The notes below the pieces were generated by a model. The model searched no databases and was not told where the DNA came from. It worked only from the letters and a program-made list of their open reading frames with translations. A stretch of 64,000 bases of DNA from Acidobacteriota bacterium. Its GTDB lineage: Bacteria; Acidobacteriota; UBA890; WLXD01. The stretch spans positions 3,456,001 through 3,520,000 of the forward strand of contig CBDFKD010000002.1 in the NCBI GenBank assembly GCA_965248695.1, written 5' to 3'. A program made the translations under genes and the position numbers. This document shows, piece by piece, positions 48,203 to 57,968 of this stretch (position 1 is the first letter of the stretch; every line of letters starts with the position of its first letter).

Positions 48203-48373
48203 TCCCGACCGTCGGGACAGCGGCTGCCAGAGAGGGTGCGGGGGATCTCTTTCTCCTGCCTGGGCAGAGCGTATAGACAGCCTTATACTGCACCGAAGGG
48301 CTCCCCGGAGGCTGGCGAACTCCGTGCGCTCATCGGTTCGATCGAGCCTGTTTTTCGCAGTGGAGAGATTCGA

Positions 48374-50824
48374 ATGAAGCGGTCCTTGCTGTATCTCGCC
48401 GCCATCGGCCTCGCCGGCCTTGGGGCGACGGCAGGAACCGGTCTGGCGCAGCAGCCGGCGACGCACACGACCTCGGCAGAGGCCGGGAACCCGGGGCGCG
48501 CGGCAACCGCATATCAGGAGCAGAACCAGGTCATCGGCCGTTTCTGCCTGCGGTGCCACAACGACAGCTCGATGCGCGGCGGCCTGAGCCTGGAATCGTT
48601 CGACGTCGGCCAGGCGCACGAGAGTGCCGAGATCGCCGAGAAGATGATCCGCAAGCTGGAAGCGGGAATGATGCCCGCGCTCCCGGCGCAGCGCCCCGAC
48701 GACGAAACCTTGACGGCGCTGGTCGCCGCCCTCGCTTCTCGAGTCGACGACGCTGCCGCCGCCAACCCGAACCCGGGCGGGCGCACGTTCCAGCGACTGA
48801 ACCGGGTTGAGTACGAGCGTTCCGTACGCGATCTGCTCGAGCTCGACATCGACGCCGGCGCCTACTTGCCGCCGGACCCACTGAGCGCCGGCTTCGACAA
48901 TATCGCCGACGTCCAGGGCCTCTCGGCAACCGTGATGGAAGGCTACCTGTCGGCCGCAGCCGAGATCAGCCGTCTGGCGGTGGGAGACCCTACCGCTGCG
49001 GTGGCCGAGACCAAGTACACGATGTCACGCTACACATCGCAGCGCGAGCGGGTCGAAGGCGCGCCCTACGGCACCCGCGGCGGGCTGTCGGTAGTCCACA
49101 ACTTCCCGGCCGACGGCGAGTACATCGTCACCATCACGGTCTTTGACTCGCCGGAAGGACTGCTGTTCGGCAAGGCGCTCCACCACCAGGAAGAGGTCGA
49201 GATCTCGGTCAATGGCGAGCGCGCCGCGTTGCTCGCTATTGACCGATTCATGGACCCCGACAACCAGAGCCTGTCCACCCCGCCGGTGTCCATCCGCGCC
49301 GGAGCGCAGCGCGTCTCGGTGGCGTTCATACAGCGGTCGGAGGGACCCGATGTCGATCTGATGTCGCCGCACGAGTGGAGCCTGTCGGATCGCTCGATCG
49401 GCTCGGTTCACGGGATCACCAGCCTCGTCCATCTGCAGAGCGCTGCGATCATCGGGCCGCACAACCCCACCGGCGTCTCCGCGACGCCGAGCCGCAGGCG
49501 CATCTTCACCTGCCGGCCGACATCGCCCGACGAGGAAGCACCGTGCGCCGAGGCAATCATCTCGCGGCTGGCGACGCAGGCCTACCGTCGCCCCACGACC
49601 GAGCGTGACCTCGCCGGGCTGATTTCCTTTTACCGCAAGGGCACGGCCAGCGGCGGATTCGAGGCCGGCGTCCGTGCGGCGCTCGAGGCCCTGCTGTCGA
49701 GCCCGCATTTCGTGTTGCGATTCGAAGCCCCGGCCGACGGCCAGACGAATGGTCCCGCCAACCGGATCAGCGACCTGGCGCTGGCCTCACGCCTGTCCTT
49801 CTTCCTCTGGGGGGCGGCGCCGGACGAGGAGCTGATGACGCTGGCGCGCGACAACCAGCTGTCGGGCGACTCCGAGCTCGAAGCGCAGGTACGCAGGATG
49901 CTCGACGATCCGCGCGCCGCGGCCTTGGGAACGCGGTTCGCAGCTCAGTGGCTCCGACTGCAAGATCTCGACAAGGTGCACCCCGATGCCCTGATGTTCC
50001 CGGACTTCCACGAGGAGCTCGCCGCGGCCATGCGGCGCGAGACCGAGCTGTTCTTCAACAGCCTCGTGCAGGACGATCGTAGCGTCCTCGATCTCTTGCT
50101 GGCCGACTACACGTTCGTGAACGATCGCTTGGCACGGCACTACGGCATCCCGGAGATCAGTGGAGACCACTTCCGGCGGGTGCAGGTCCCCGACCCGGAG
50201 CGCCGCGGACTCCTGGGCCACGGCAGCATCCTGACGTTGACCTCGCACGCCGAGAGAACATCACCGGTGCTGCGCGGCAAGTGGGTATTGTCCGTGTTGC
50301 TCGGAAGCCCGCCGCCGCCGCCGCCGCCCGACGTGCCCGAGCTGGATGCAACCGCCGCGGTCGCCGACGGCCGTGAGCTCACCGTGCGCGAGCGCCTGGA
50401 GCAGCACCGCGCCAACCCGGCGTGTGCCAGCTGCCACCGAGCGATCGATCCGATCGGCCTGGCGCTGGAGAACTTCGATGTCACGGGGGCCTGGCGTACC
50501 CGCGACGCCGGCAACCCGGTGGACACGTCGGGCAGCCTGTACGACGGAACCTCCTTGACGAGCCCTTCGGACCTCCGCTCGGCATTGCTTAAGTACTCGC
50601 CGGCGCTGATCACGACCTTCACCGAGAACCTCATGGCATATGGACTTGGACGCCGGGTCGAGTACCCTGATATGCCACAGATCCGCGCCATAGTTCGCGC
50701 GGCATCGCACCACGACTACAACCTGTCGTCGTTCATCTTGGGGGTGGCGACAAGCCCGGCTTTCCGCAGCAACAATGAAGTTCAACCAGTTGACGTAGCC
50801 GCGGATCGCGACGAGATCAGCTGA
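48374..50824 (+). CDS. DUF1592 (DUF1587/1595/1592/1588/1585) protein with two c-type heme motifs
   Basis: CLRCH and CASCH; RLNRVEYERSVRDLL; LASRLSFFLW..PD; RTSPVLRGKW; start ATG 48374. Confidence 0.92.
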   Translation: MKRSLLYLAAIGLAGLGATAGTGLAQQPATHTTSAEAGNPGRAATAYQEQNQVIGRFCLRCHNDSSMRGGLSLESFDVGQAHESAEIAEKMIRKLEAGMMPALPAQRPDDETLTALVAALASRVDDAAAANPNPGGRTFQRLNRVEYERSVRDLLELDIDAGAYLPPDPLSAGFDNIADVQGLSATVMEGYLSAAAEISRLAVGDPTAAVAETKYTMSRYTSQRERVEGAPYGTRGGLSVVHNFPADGEYIVTITVFDSPEGLLFGKALHHQEEVEISVNGERAALLAIDRFMDPDNQSLSTPPVSIRAGAQRVSVAFIQRSEGPDVDLMSPHEWSLSDRSIGSVHGITSLVHLQSAAIIGPHNPTGVSATPSRRRIFTCRPTSPDEEAPCAEAIISRLATQAYRRPTTERDLAGLISFYRKGTASGGFEAGVRAALEALLSSPHFVLRFEAPADGQTNGPANRISDLALASRLSFFLWGAAPDEELMTLARDNQLSGDSELEAQVRRMLDDPRAAALGTRFAAQWLRLQDLDKVHPDALMFPDFHEELAAAMRRETELFFNSLVQDDRSVLDLLLADYTFVNDRLARHYGIPEISGDHFRRVQVPDPERRGLLGHGSILTLTSHAERTSPVLRGKWVLSVLLGSPPPPPPPDVPELDATAAVADGRELTVRERLEQHRANPACASCHRAIDPIGLALENFDVTGAWRTRDAGNPVDTSGSLYDGTSLTSPSDLRSALLKYSPALITTFTENLMAYGLGRRVEYPDMPQIRAIVRAASHHDYNLSSFILGVATSPAFRSNNEVQPVDVAADRDEIS

Positions 50825-50875
50825 GCCTCCGGAGCTCGACGCGATTCCGTCGCCACGCGGCGAGGAAACGAACCG

Positions 50876-52267
50876 ATGTACATCACGCAGAAGGCGATGC
50901 CTCGCCGAACCGTCTTGCGCGGTCTGGGCGCAACGGTGGCGCTCCCGCTCATGGACGCGATGGTTCCGGCTGGAACGGCGCTCGCGAAAGCGGCGGTGAA
51001 CACCAACGTCCCTCCGAAGCGACTGGTCTGCATCGAGATCGTTCACGGAGCTGCGGGTAGCAGCGCGTACGGCGCCACCAAGAATCTATGGGCGCCGGCG
51101 GCAACCGGACACGATTTCGATCTGAGCCCGACCTCGTTGAGCCCGCTGGATCCGTGGCGCAAGTACCTGACGATCGTCAGCGACACGGACTGCCAGCAGG
51201 CGGAGGCCTACGAGACCAAGGAGATCGGTGGCGATCACTATCGGTCGAGCGCCGTGTTCCTGACCCAGGCGCATCCGAAGCAGACCGAAGGATCGGACGT
51301 CATGGCCGGCGTTTCGATGGATCAGGTCCATGCGCAGCGATTCGGACAGGACAACCCGATCCCGTCGCTGCAGCTGTGCATCGAGAACGTCGATCAGGCC
51401 GGCGGCTGCGACTACGGGTACGCGTGCATCTACTCCGACACCATCAGCTGGGCAGCGCCGACCGAGCCGCTGCCGATGATCCGTGATCCGCGCGCCGTCT
51501 TCGACCGCCTCTTCGGGGCCGGTGGAACACCCGAGCAGCGTGCCGCCCGACGTGCCAGCAAGCGCAGCATCCTCGACTGGATCGCCGAGGAAGTCTCGCA
51601 TATCCAGCAGGCGTTCGGGGCCGGCGACCGGCGGCGGCTCGATCGCTACCTGACCAACATTCGTGAGATCGAGCGACGAATCCAGATAACCGAGGAGCGC
51701 AACAGCAGCGGCGAGCTACGTGAGTTGCCTGCCGCACCCGCCGGAGTGCCGGACTCCTTCACCGAGCACGTCGAGCTGATGTTCGACCTGCAGGCGATGG
51801 CGTTCGCCGCCGACCTGACACGCGTTTTCTCGCTCAAGCTAGGACGCGACGCTTCGGCCCGCGTGTTCCCGGAGAGCGGCGTGCCGGAGCCGTTCCACCG
51901 CACTTCGCACCATGGCGATGTCGCGGCAAACGTCGAGAAGTTCGCCCAGATCAACCGCTACCACGCGGGCAGGCTGCCGTACCTCCTCGACAGGTTGAAC
52001 ACCACGCTCGACGGCGACAGCCCACTGCTCGACAACACCATGGTCATATACGGCTCGCCGATGGGTGACCCCAACCTGCACAACCACAGGCGCTGTCCGC
52101 TGATCGTGCTCGGCGGCGCCAACACGCAGCCGCACGGCGACCTCCATATCCGCGCCGAGCCGGGTACGCCGATGGCGAACGTGATGCTGGAACTGCTCCA
52201 TCGGCTTGGGCACGACGACATGGAGAGCTTCGGCGACAGCACCGGGCAATTCTCCTACTCGGTCTGA
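50876..52267 (+). CDS. DUF1552 (HxxSHH) protein with Tat-like signal
   Basis: PRRTVLRGLGATVALPLMDAM; FHRTSHH; follows the DUF1592 gene. Confidence 0.92.
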   Translation: MYITQKAMPRRTVLRGLGATVALPLMDAMVPAGTALAKAAVNTNVPPKRLVCIEIVHGAAGSSAYGATKNLWAPAATGHDFDLSPTSLSPLDPWRKYLTIVSDTDCQQAEAYETKEIGGDHYRSSAVFLTQAHPKQTEGSDVMAGVSMDQVHAQRFGQDNPIPSLQLCIENVDQAGGCDYGYACIYSDTISWAAPTEPLPMIRDPRAVFDRLFGAGGTPEQRAARRASKRSILDWIAEEVSHIQQAFGAGDRRRLDRYLTNIREIERRIQITEERNSSGELRELPAAPAGVPDSFTEHVELMFDLQAMAFAADLTRVFSLKLGRDASARVFPESGVPEPFHRTSHHGDVAANVEKFAQINRYHAGRLPYLLDRLNTTLDGDSPLLDNTMVIYGSPMGDPNLHNHRRCPLIVLGGANTQPHGDLHIRAEPGTPMANVMLELLHRLGHDDMESFGDSTGQFSYSV

Positions 52268-52297
52268 CGAGGACACCAAAGGCGGAGGACTGATTCG

Positions 52298-54223
52298 ATG
52301 TCGGCAACGCACAAGCATCGCCCGATTGTGGGCACACGCCTCTGCTTGATGCTCGCGATCGCGGTGTGTCTGCCGGCCCTGGTGGTCGCCGCACCGGCCG
52401 AGTCACCCGTTGCCGATGCCGCGATGGCCGGCAATGCGGATGCCGTCCGCACGCTGCTCCGCCAGGCGGCCGACGTCAACGCCGCCCAGGCCGACGGCAT
52501 GACGGCGCTGCACTGGGCAGCGGAGAACAACGCCGCCGAGCTCGCCGAGATGCTCATCTACGCCGGCGCCAACCTGGAAGCGGGAACGCGGATCGGTGCC
52601 TATCGGCCCCTGCATATCGCCAGCAAGTCGGGCAACGCGAATGCGGTTCGCGTGTTGCTGGAAGCAGGCAGCAACGTCGACGCCGCGACAACGGCGGGCG
52701 GCGCGAGCGCGCTGCACTTCGCGGCGGCGACAGGCAATGGCGAAGTCGTTTCGATGCTGCTGGATCACGCTGCCGATCCGAACGCGCTCGAGGCGGCTTG
52801 GGGCGAGACGCCGCTCATGTTTGCGGTCGCTCACAATCGACTCGGCGTGATCAGAACACTACTGCAACGCGGCGCCGACGCCTCCATCGCGACCAAGGTG
52901 GTCGACATCGCGGCCGCCGGCAAGGAGCTCCAAGCCGCTGAGCGACTGCGCCGCGAGCGCATCGTGGCGTTGCGGAAGGTAGAGGAAGAGGCAGCCGCTC
53001 GGGCGGCCGAAGCAGAGCGCGACGAAGAGGCCGAAGCCACAGAAGCCGGCGAATCCGAGGCCGCTGCGGAAGAAGCGCCGTCTCCCGCTCCTGAGGAAAA
53101 GGCCGAGCCTGACGAGAGCACCACCGAAGCCGCCGAGAAGGAGACCCCCGAGGCGGGCGAGGATGAGCAACCCGAGGACGATGAGTACGCCGACAAGAGC
53201 GAGGAAGAGATCGCTTTCATGGAGCAAGCACGAGGCTTCCCCGATCTCGTCTTCGCCCAGGGCGGCCTCACTGCGCTTCACTTCGCGGCGCGCGAGGGAC
53301 ACACCGACGCCGCGATGACGCTGCTCGACCACGACGTCAACGTCAATCGGGTCAGCGGGGGCGACCAGACCAGCCCGCTGCTGATCGCCACCATCAACGG
53401 CCACTTCGACCTGGCCATGAAGCTGCTCGAGCTCGGCGCCGATCCCGATCTTGCCAGCGAGTCCGGTGGCACTCCGGTGTACGCCGCGATCAACGCCCAA
53501 TTCCCGGCCAAGACGAGCTACCCGCAGCAGACCGCGCACAAGAAACAGCAGACGACGCACGACGAGCTCGTGGCAGCGCTGCTGGAGGCCGGCGCGGACC
53601 CCAACGTGCGGCTAAAGAAGAAACTCTGGTATCAGGCGTACAACTTCGACCAGCAGTCCGACACCACGGGCGCGACGCCATTCTGGCGCGCGGCTCAGGC
53701 TCTCGATGTCGAGGTCATGAAGTTGCTGGTGGCGCACGGCGCCGACCCTGAGGTCCCGACCCGCAAGATCCCCCGGCGGCGGTACCGTCGAGGACGGAAG
53801 GCTCAGACCGATCATTCAGGGCTGCCTCCCGCGGAGATCGGCGGACCCGCCATCTACCCGATCCACATCGCGGCCGGTGCCGGCTACGCCGAGGGCACCG
53901 GCTTCGCCGCCAACCATCACCGTCATGTCCCGGATGGATGGATACCGGCGATGAAGTACCTGGTGGAAGATCTCGGCCTAGATGTCAACGCCAGGGACGA
54001 CAAGGGCTACGCGCCGCTGCACCACGCCGCCGGGCGCGGTGACAACGAGATGGTCGTCTACCTCCACATGCAGGGCGCTGATCCGACTCTGCTGAGTCGC
54101 CGCGGCGAGACCATCGCTGACATGGCCAACGGGCCGATGCAGCGCGTGCGGCCGTATCCGGCAACCATCACGTTGGCCGAGGCGCTCGGTTCGGAGAACA
54201 ACAACAACTGCATCTCCTGCTGA
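52298..54223 (+). CDS. Exported ankyrin repeat protein
   Basis: Multiple GxT(A/P)LHxAA repeats, an acidic insert, C-terminal NNNNCISC. Confidence 0.92.
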   Translation: MSATHKHRPIVGTRLCLMLAIAVCLPALVVAAPAESPVADAAMAGNADAVRTLLRQAADVNAAQADGMTALHWAAENNAAELAEMLIYAGANLEAGTRIGAYRPLHIASKSGNANAVRVLLEAGSNVDAATTAGGASALHFAAATGNGEVVSMLLDHAADPNALEAAWGETPLMFAVAHNRLGVIRTLLQRGADASIATKVVDIAAAGKELQAAERLRRERIVALRKVEEEAAARAAEAERDEEAEATEAGESEAAAEEAPSPAPEEKAEPDESTTEAAEKETPEAGEDEQPEDDEYADKSEEEIAFMEQARGFPDLVFAQGGLTALHFAAREGHTDAAMTLLDHDVNVNRVSGGDQTSPLLIATINGHFDLAMKLLELGADPDLASESGGTPVYAAINAQFPAKTSYPQQTAHKKQQTTHDELVAALLEAGADPNVRLKKKLWYQAYNFDQQSDTTGATPFWRAAQALDVEVMKLLVAHGADPEVPTRKIPRRRYRRGRKAQTDHSGLPPAEIGGPAIYPIHIAAGAGYAEGTGFAANHHRHVPDGWIPAMKYLVEDLGLDVNARDDKGYAPLHHAAGRGDNEMVVYLHMQGADPTLLSRRGETIADMANGPMQRVRPYPATITLAEALGSENNNNCISC

Positions 54224-55334
54224 TCTCGCGCTCGAATCGACCCGTATCGAGGCGGCGGAGGTAGGCGCTGCCGCGCTGGATCCGCACGCCGTCAAGCGCT
54301 CCCAACCAGCGCCGGATTCCCTCATCGATACGTTGCTCGTAGGCCATCCGCATCCAGTGCGCCAGTGGCACATGCGGCGCCGCCGAGCGCGTTTGAGTCT
54401 GCCCGGCGATGAACGCGAAGAACACGATCATCGTGTCGATGAACAACGCGATAAACGCGAACACCACTGCCGCCGGGCTGCCGGCGACCATATCGGTCAT
54501 GGCCCGCTCCCAATACTCCTCCTCCTCCAGCGGGCGTGTGTCGAGGATTGCCGGGTCGACCGCCATCGGTGCGAACTCGCCGCGTACCTGGCGGATTCGA
54601 TCCGCCGGGATCGCCGCCGATGCGCGCGAGTACGAGGCCCGCAAAGCACCGTGGTCGATCTCGTTGCCCTCCGTCAGCGCCGCGATCTCTGCATCGAGAC
54701 GTTGCAGCGAACCGCCGACCTCCATCTCCATCTGCTCGATGCGCGGCAGGACGCTGGTCAGGAACCGATAGCGCTCGCCGGTGCCACTCTGAACTTGCCG
54801 CAGATCGACGAGAAGGTCGGACTCGCCGATGAGCTTCTGCAGGTACGGGTTGGAGATGTTGCGCAGACCGCCGCCGCTGGCCTGCTCGATCTCGACTCGC
54901 CGGCGCAGCTCGGCCGAGGCCTCCTGCAGGGTGCCCAGCGTGCCGCCCGTCTGCGATCGCGCGTCCACGAGATACGCGCGCAGCGATTCATATCGCTCCA
55001 GGCGCCGCTCGTTGGCGATGGTCTCTTCGGAAAAGCCGCGATAGTAGAAAACGTAGGAAGTGAAGCTGGACATCACCACCGTGAAGATGATCACAGCGAC
55101 GAGCATCGGCTGATAGCTGGTGCGCTCACGGATTGCGAGCGCAGAGGTCAGCATCCCGAGCTGGATGATGGCCGCCAAGCCCAGCGCCGCCAGCATCGAG
55201 TAGCCGAAGTCGGGGAAGATCTCCGAGATGCCGTTGAAGGTGCTGTACCCGGAGACCAGGCAACCGATAGCGGCGGCAAGAGCGGGAAAGGTATGGACGG
55301 GTGATTTGACGAAGCCCAACAATGCGCGAAACAC
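54168..55334 (-). CDS. Hypothetical membrane protein (3 N-terminal TM, coiled coil, 1 TM), possibly 3'-truncated
   Basis: Hydrophobic segments plus a helical soluble region; the frame runs 56 nt into the convergent ankyrin gene; start uncertain. Confidence 0.6.
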   Translation of the reverse strand: MFRALLGFVKSPVHTFPALAAAIGCLVSGYSTFNGISEIFPDFGYSMLAALGLAAIIQLGMLTSALAIRERTSYQPMLVAVIIFTVVMSSFTSYVFYYRGFSEETIANERRLERYESLRAYLVDARSQTGGTLGTLQEASAELRRRVEIEQASGGGLRNISNPYLQKLIGESDLLVDLRQVQSGTGERYRFLTSVLPRIEQMEMEVGGSLQRLDAEIAALTEGNEIDHGALRASYSRASAAIPADRIRQVRGEFAPMAVDPAILDTRPLEEEEYWERAMTDMVAGSPAAVVFAFIALFIDTMIVFFAFIAGQTQTRSAAPHVPLAHWMRMAYEQRIDEGIRRWLGALDGVRIQRGSAYLRRLDTGRFEREISRRCSCCCSPNRAPRPT

Positions 55335-55566
55335 GACGCAATACACCTCCGGTTCGCGCCTCCCGAACCAGATCCCCGGCAAATCCGACCGTACGCCGCT
55401 AGCGCGGCAGATCGAACGCTTTCGCCCCAACGCGGAGATGCTAGATGGAGCATACGACTCCGTGCCCCCCGGTGACCAGTCCGCCGACGGGAAAGTCCGA
55501 CTGGCGGGTCGAATCTCGGGCGGTTAACGTGCCCTGTCAAACGATTCCACCGACCGAGATCTCCCG

Positions 55567-56340
55567 ATGCGCATCGCCACCTGGAACATCAACGGGCTCA
55601 GCGCTCGTATCGACTTCGTCTTGCACTGGCTACGAGCGCGACAGCCCGACGTGGTCGGCCTGCAGGAGCTCAAGACGGCGGACGACAAGTTCCCTCATAT
55701 GGCCTTCCAGGCCGAGGGCTACCACGCCGTGGTCCACGGACAGAAGGCCTGGAACGGAGTGGCGATCTTGTGTCGCGAGCCCACCGAGGCGCTGCAGATC
55801 GGGTTGCCGGGCCAGGAGGAACACGGCGCGCGTCTGCTGACCGCACGCGCCGGCGGGCTCGACTTCACCACCATCTACATCCCCAACGGTAAGACCGTCG
55901 ACCATGACGACTTCCCAAAGAAACTTGCGTGGTTCGAGGCACTAACAGAGCACATGAAGGCCTCGACCGCCGAGGGCGCGGAGGCCATTCTGTGCGGCGA
56001 CTTCAACATCGTCCCGGCAGGAATCGACAGCTGGAACGAGAAGGCACTCTGCGGCGGCATCTTCCACACCGATAGGGAACGCGCCGCGTTTCGCCGGTTG
56101 CTCGACGGCGGCCTCGCAGATCTGTTCCGCCTGCGGTACCCAGACGAACAGAAGTTCTCGTGGTGGGACTATCGCGGCGGCGCATTCCACCGCGGCATGG
56201 GGCTTCGAATCGACTTCCTGCTCGGCACGCCCGCGGTGTGCGCCCGGGTCGAGGACGTATGGACGGACCGTGACTACCGCAAGAAAAAGGAGGGGCTCAT
56301 TGCCTCGGACCACGCTCCCGTCATCGCCGATCTGACCTGA
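55567..56340 (+). CDS. xth: Exodeoxyribonuclease III
   Basis: [43 protein letters not shown]. Confidence 0.95.
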   Translation: MRIATWNINGLSARIDFVLHWLRARQPDVVGLQELKTADDKFPHMAFQAEGYHAVVHGQKAWNGVAILCREPTEALQIGLPGQEEHGARLLTARAGGLDFTTIYIPNGKTVDHDDFPKKLAWFEALTEHMKASTAEGAEAILCGDFNIVPAGIDSWNEKALCGGIFHTDRERAAFRRLLDGGLADLFRLRYPDEQKFSWWDYRGGAFHRGMGLRIDFLLGTPAVCARVEDVWTDRDYRKKKEGLIASDHAPVIADLT

Positions 56341-56828
56341 TGGGAAGCCGCGCTCGAGTCTCCCCGGGAGCCGGATTGATTGCCAGATGGAACCGCCTGC
56401 GCGGTGTGCCTGGCGGCCGGTGGCTGTTCTCCTGGCTGGTGGGACGGTCAGCGCCGTACACCGGCAGCATCGGCGCCCGGGTCGCGGAGCTGCGACCTGG
56501 CTACTGTCGCGCGACGCTGCGCGATCGCCGTTCGATCCGCAATCACCTCGACTCGGTGCACGCGGTGGCCCTGGTGAACCTCGGCGAGCTGTGCAGCGGC
56601 CTGGCTATGCTGACCGGCCTGGCCCCTGACGTGCGCGGCATCGCCGTGGCGCTGCAGATCGACTACCTCAAGAAGGCACGTGGGACGCTGACCGCCGAGT
56701 GCACCTGTGATCCGCCGGAGGTGGCCGAGCCGATGGACTATCGCCCGTCCGCGGTGATTCGCGACGCCGGCGGCGACGAGGTTGCCCGCCTCACGGCCAC
56801 CTGGCGACTCGATCGGCGGAGCACGTGA
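56340..56828 (+). CDS. Hotdog-fold thioesterase (DUF4442/PaaI-like)
   Basis: [25 protein letters not shown]. Confidence 0.85.
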   Translation: MGSRARVSPGAGLIARWNRLRGVPGGRWLFSWLVGRSAPYTGSIGARVAELRPGYCRATLRDRRSIRNHLDSVHAVALVNLGELCSGLAMLTGLAPDVRGIAVALQIDYLKKARGTLTAECTCDPPEVAEPMDYRPSAVIRDAGGDEVARLTATWRLDRRST

Positions 56829-57847
56829 CCGCGACCATGTCGTTGACCACCGACCTCACGCGACACGCCGGCACCGAGATACCGTTGATCTGCGGCCCGA
56901 TGTATCCGTGTTCCAATCCCGAGCTGGTAGCGGCGGCTTCAGAAGCGGGCGCCTTGGGGGTCTTGCAGCCGGTCTCGCTGACGTTCGTCCACGGCCATGA
57001 CTTTCGTCAGGGCATCCGGCTGATGCGGCGCCTGACGTCCAAGCCGATTGGCATGAACGCTCTGATCGAGGCCTCATCCAAGCGGTACCTGGACCGAATG
57101 ACCGAGTGGATCGATATCGCCCTCGAAGAGGGCGTGCGCTTCTTCATCACCTCGCTCGGCAAGCCGCGCTGGGTCGTGGATCGGGTGCACGCGGTCGGTG
57201 GCTTCGTCTATCACGACGTCACCGAGCGTAAGTGGGCGCTGAAGGGGCTCGAATCCGGCGTCGATGGCCTCATCGCGGTGAATCGTCGCGCCGGCGGTCA
57301 CGCCGGCCCGCGCGGCGTCGCAGCGCTGTACGAGGAGGTCGGCGACCTGGGGGTGCCGGTGGTCTGCGCCGGCGGCGTCGGCAACCCAGAGGGGTTTATC
57401 GAGGCGCTACGAATTGGCTATGCCGGGGTGCAGTGCGGAACTCGATTTATCGCCACCACCGAGTGCAACTCCTCGGACGCGTACAAGCAGGCGATCCTGG
57501 ACGCATCCGCCGACGACATCGTGCTCAGCGAGCGAGTCACGGGCATCCCGGTGGCGGTCATCAACACGCCCTACGTGCAGCGCACCGGGACCAAGGTGAG
57601 CGCCCTTGGCCGCTGGCTATTGCGTAACGAGCGCACGAAACACTGGATGCGGGCCTTCTACAGCATTCGGTCGTTCTTTCAGCTCAAGCGCGCCTCGCTC
57701 GACGCGAGCGGCACGAAGGATTACTGGCAGGCCGGCAAGAGCGCAGGCGACATCCACCGGGTCGTACCGGCGGGTGACATCGTACGCGCCTTCGCCGCCG
57801 CGGCCAGCGGACGGTCAAGCGAGAACGGCGACGGGCTGCCCGGCTAG
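56825..57847 (+). CDS. Nitronate monooxygenase family flavoprotein
   Basis: [41 protein letters not shown]. Confidence 0.9.
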   Translation: MTATMSLTTDLTRHAGTEIPLICGPMYPCSNPELVAAASEAGALGVLQPVSLTFVHGHDFRQGIRLMRRLTSKPIGMNALIEASSKRYLDRMTEWIDIALEEGVRFFITSLGKPRWVVDRVHAVGGFVYHDVTERKWALKGLESGVDGLIAVNRRAGGHAGPRGVAALYEEVGDLGVPVVCAGGVGNPEGFIEALRIGYAGVQCGTRFIATTECNSSDAYKQAILDASADDIVLSERVTGIPVAVINTPYVQRTGTKVSALGRWLLRNERTKHWMRAFYSIRSFFQLKRASLDASGTKDYWQAGKSAGDIHRVVPAGDIVRAFAAAASGRSSENGDGLPG

Positions 57848-57968
57848 ATTCAGTCGCAGTGCTCCACGAGGCCAACGATGCTTGCCCTTGCATCAGACCC
57901 TGAGGTAGCCCAGCATCGAGACGCTTTCAGGTCCGAGACTGCACCACCAAGCGTGTAGGAGATGTGTG

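Noticed and set aside
50308-50330. (CCG)n microsatellite as a contingency locus
   Set aside because: It encodes the poly-Pro motif (PPPPPPDVP) typical of DUF1592-family proteins.
55476-55505. Hairpin with GAAA-containing loop upstream of xth as a c-di-GMP riboswitch
   Set aside because: It lacks the GGCAAA / GGGACGCAAA elements and second stem of the GEMM motif.
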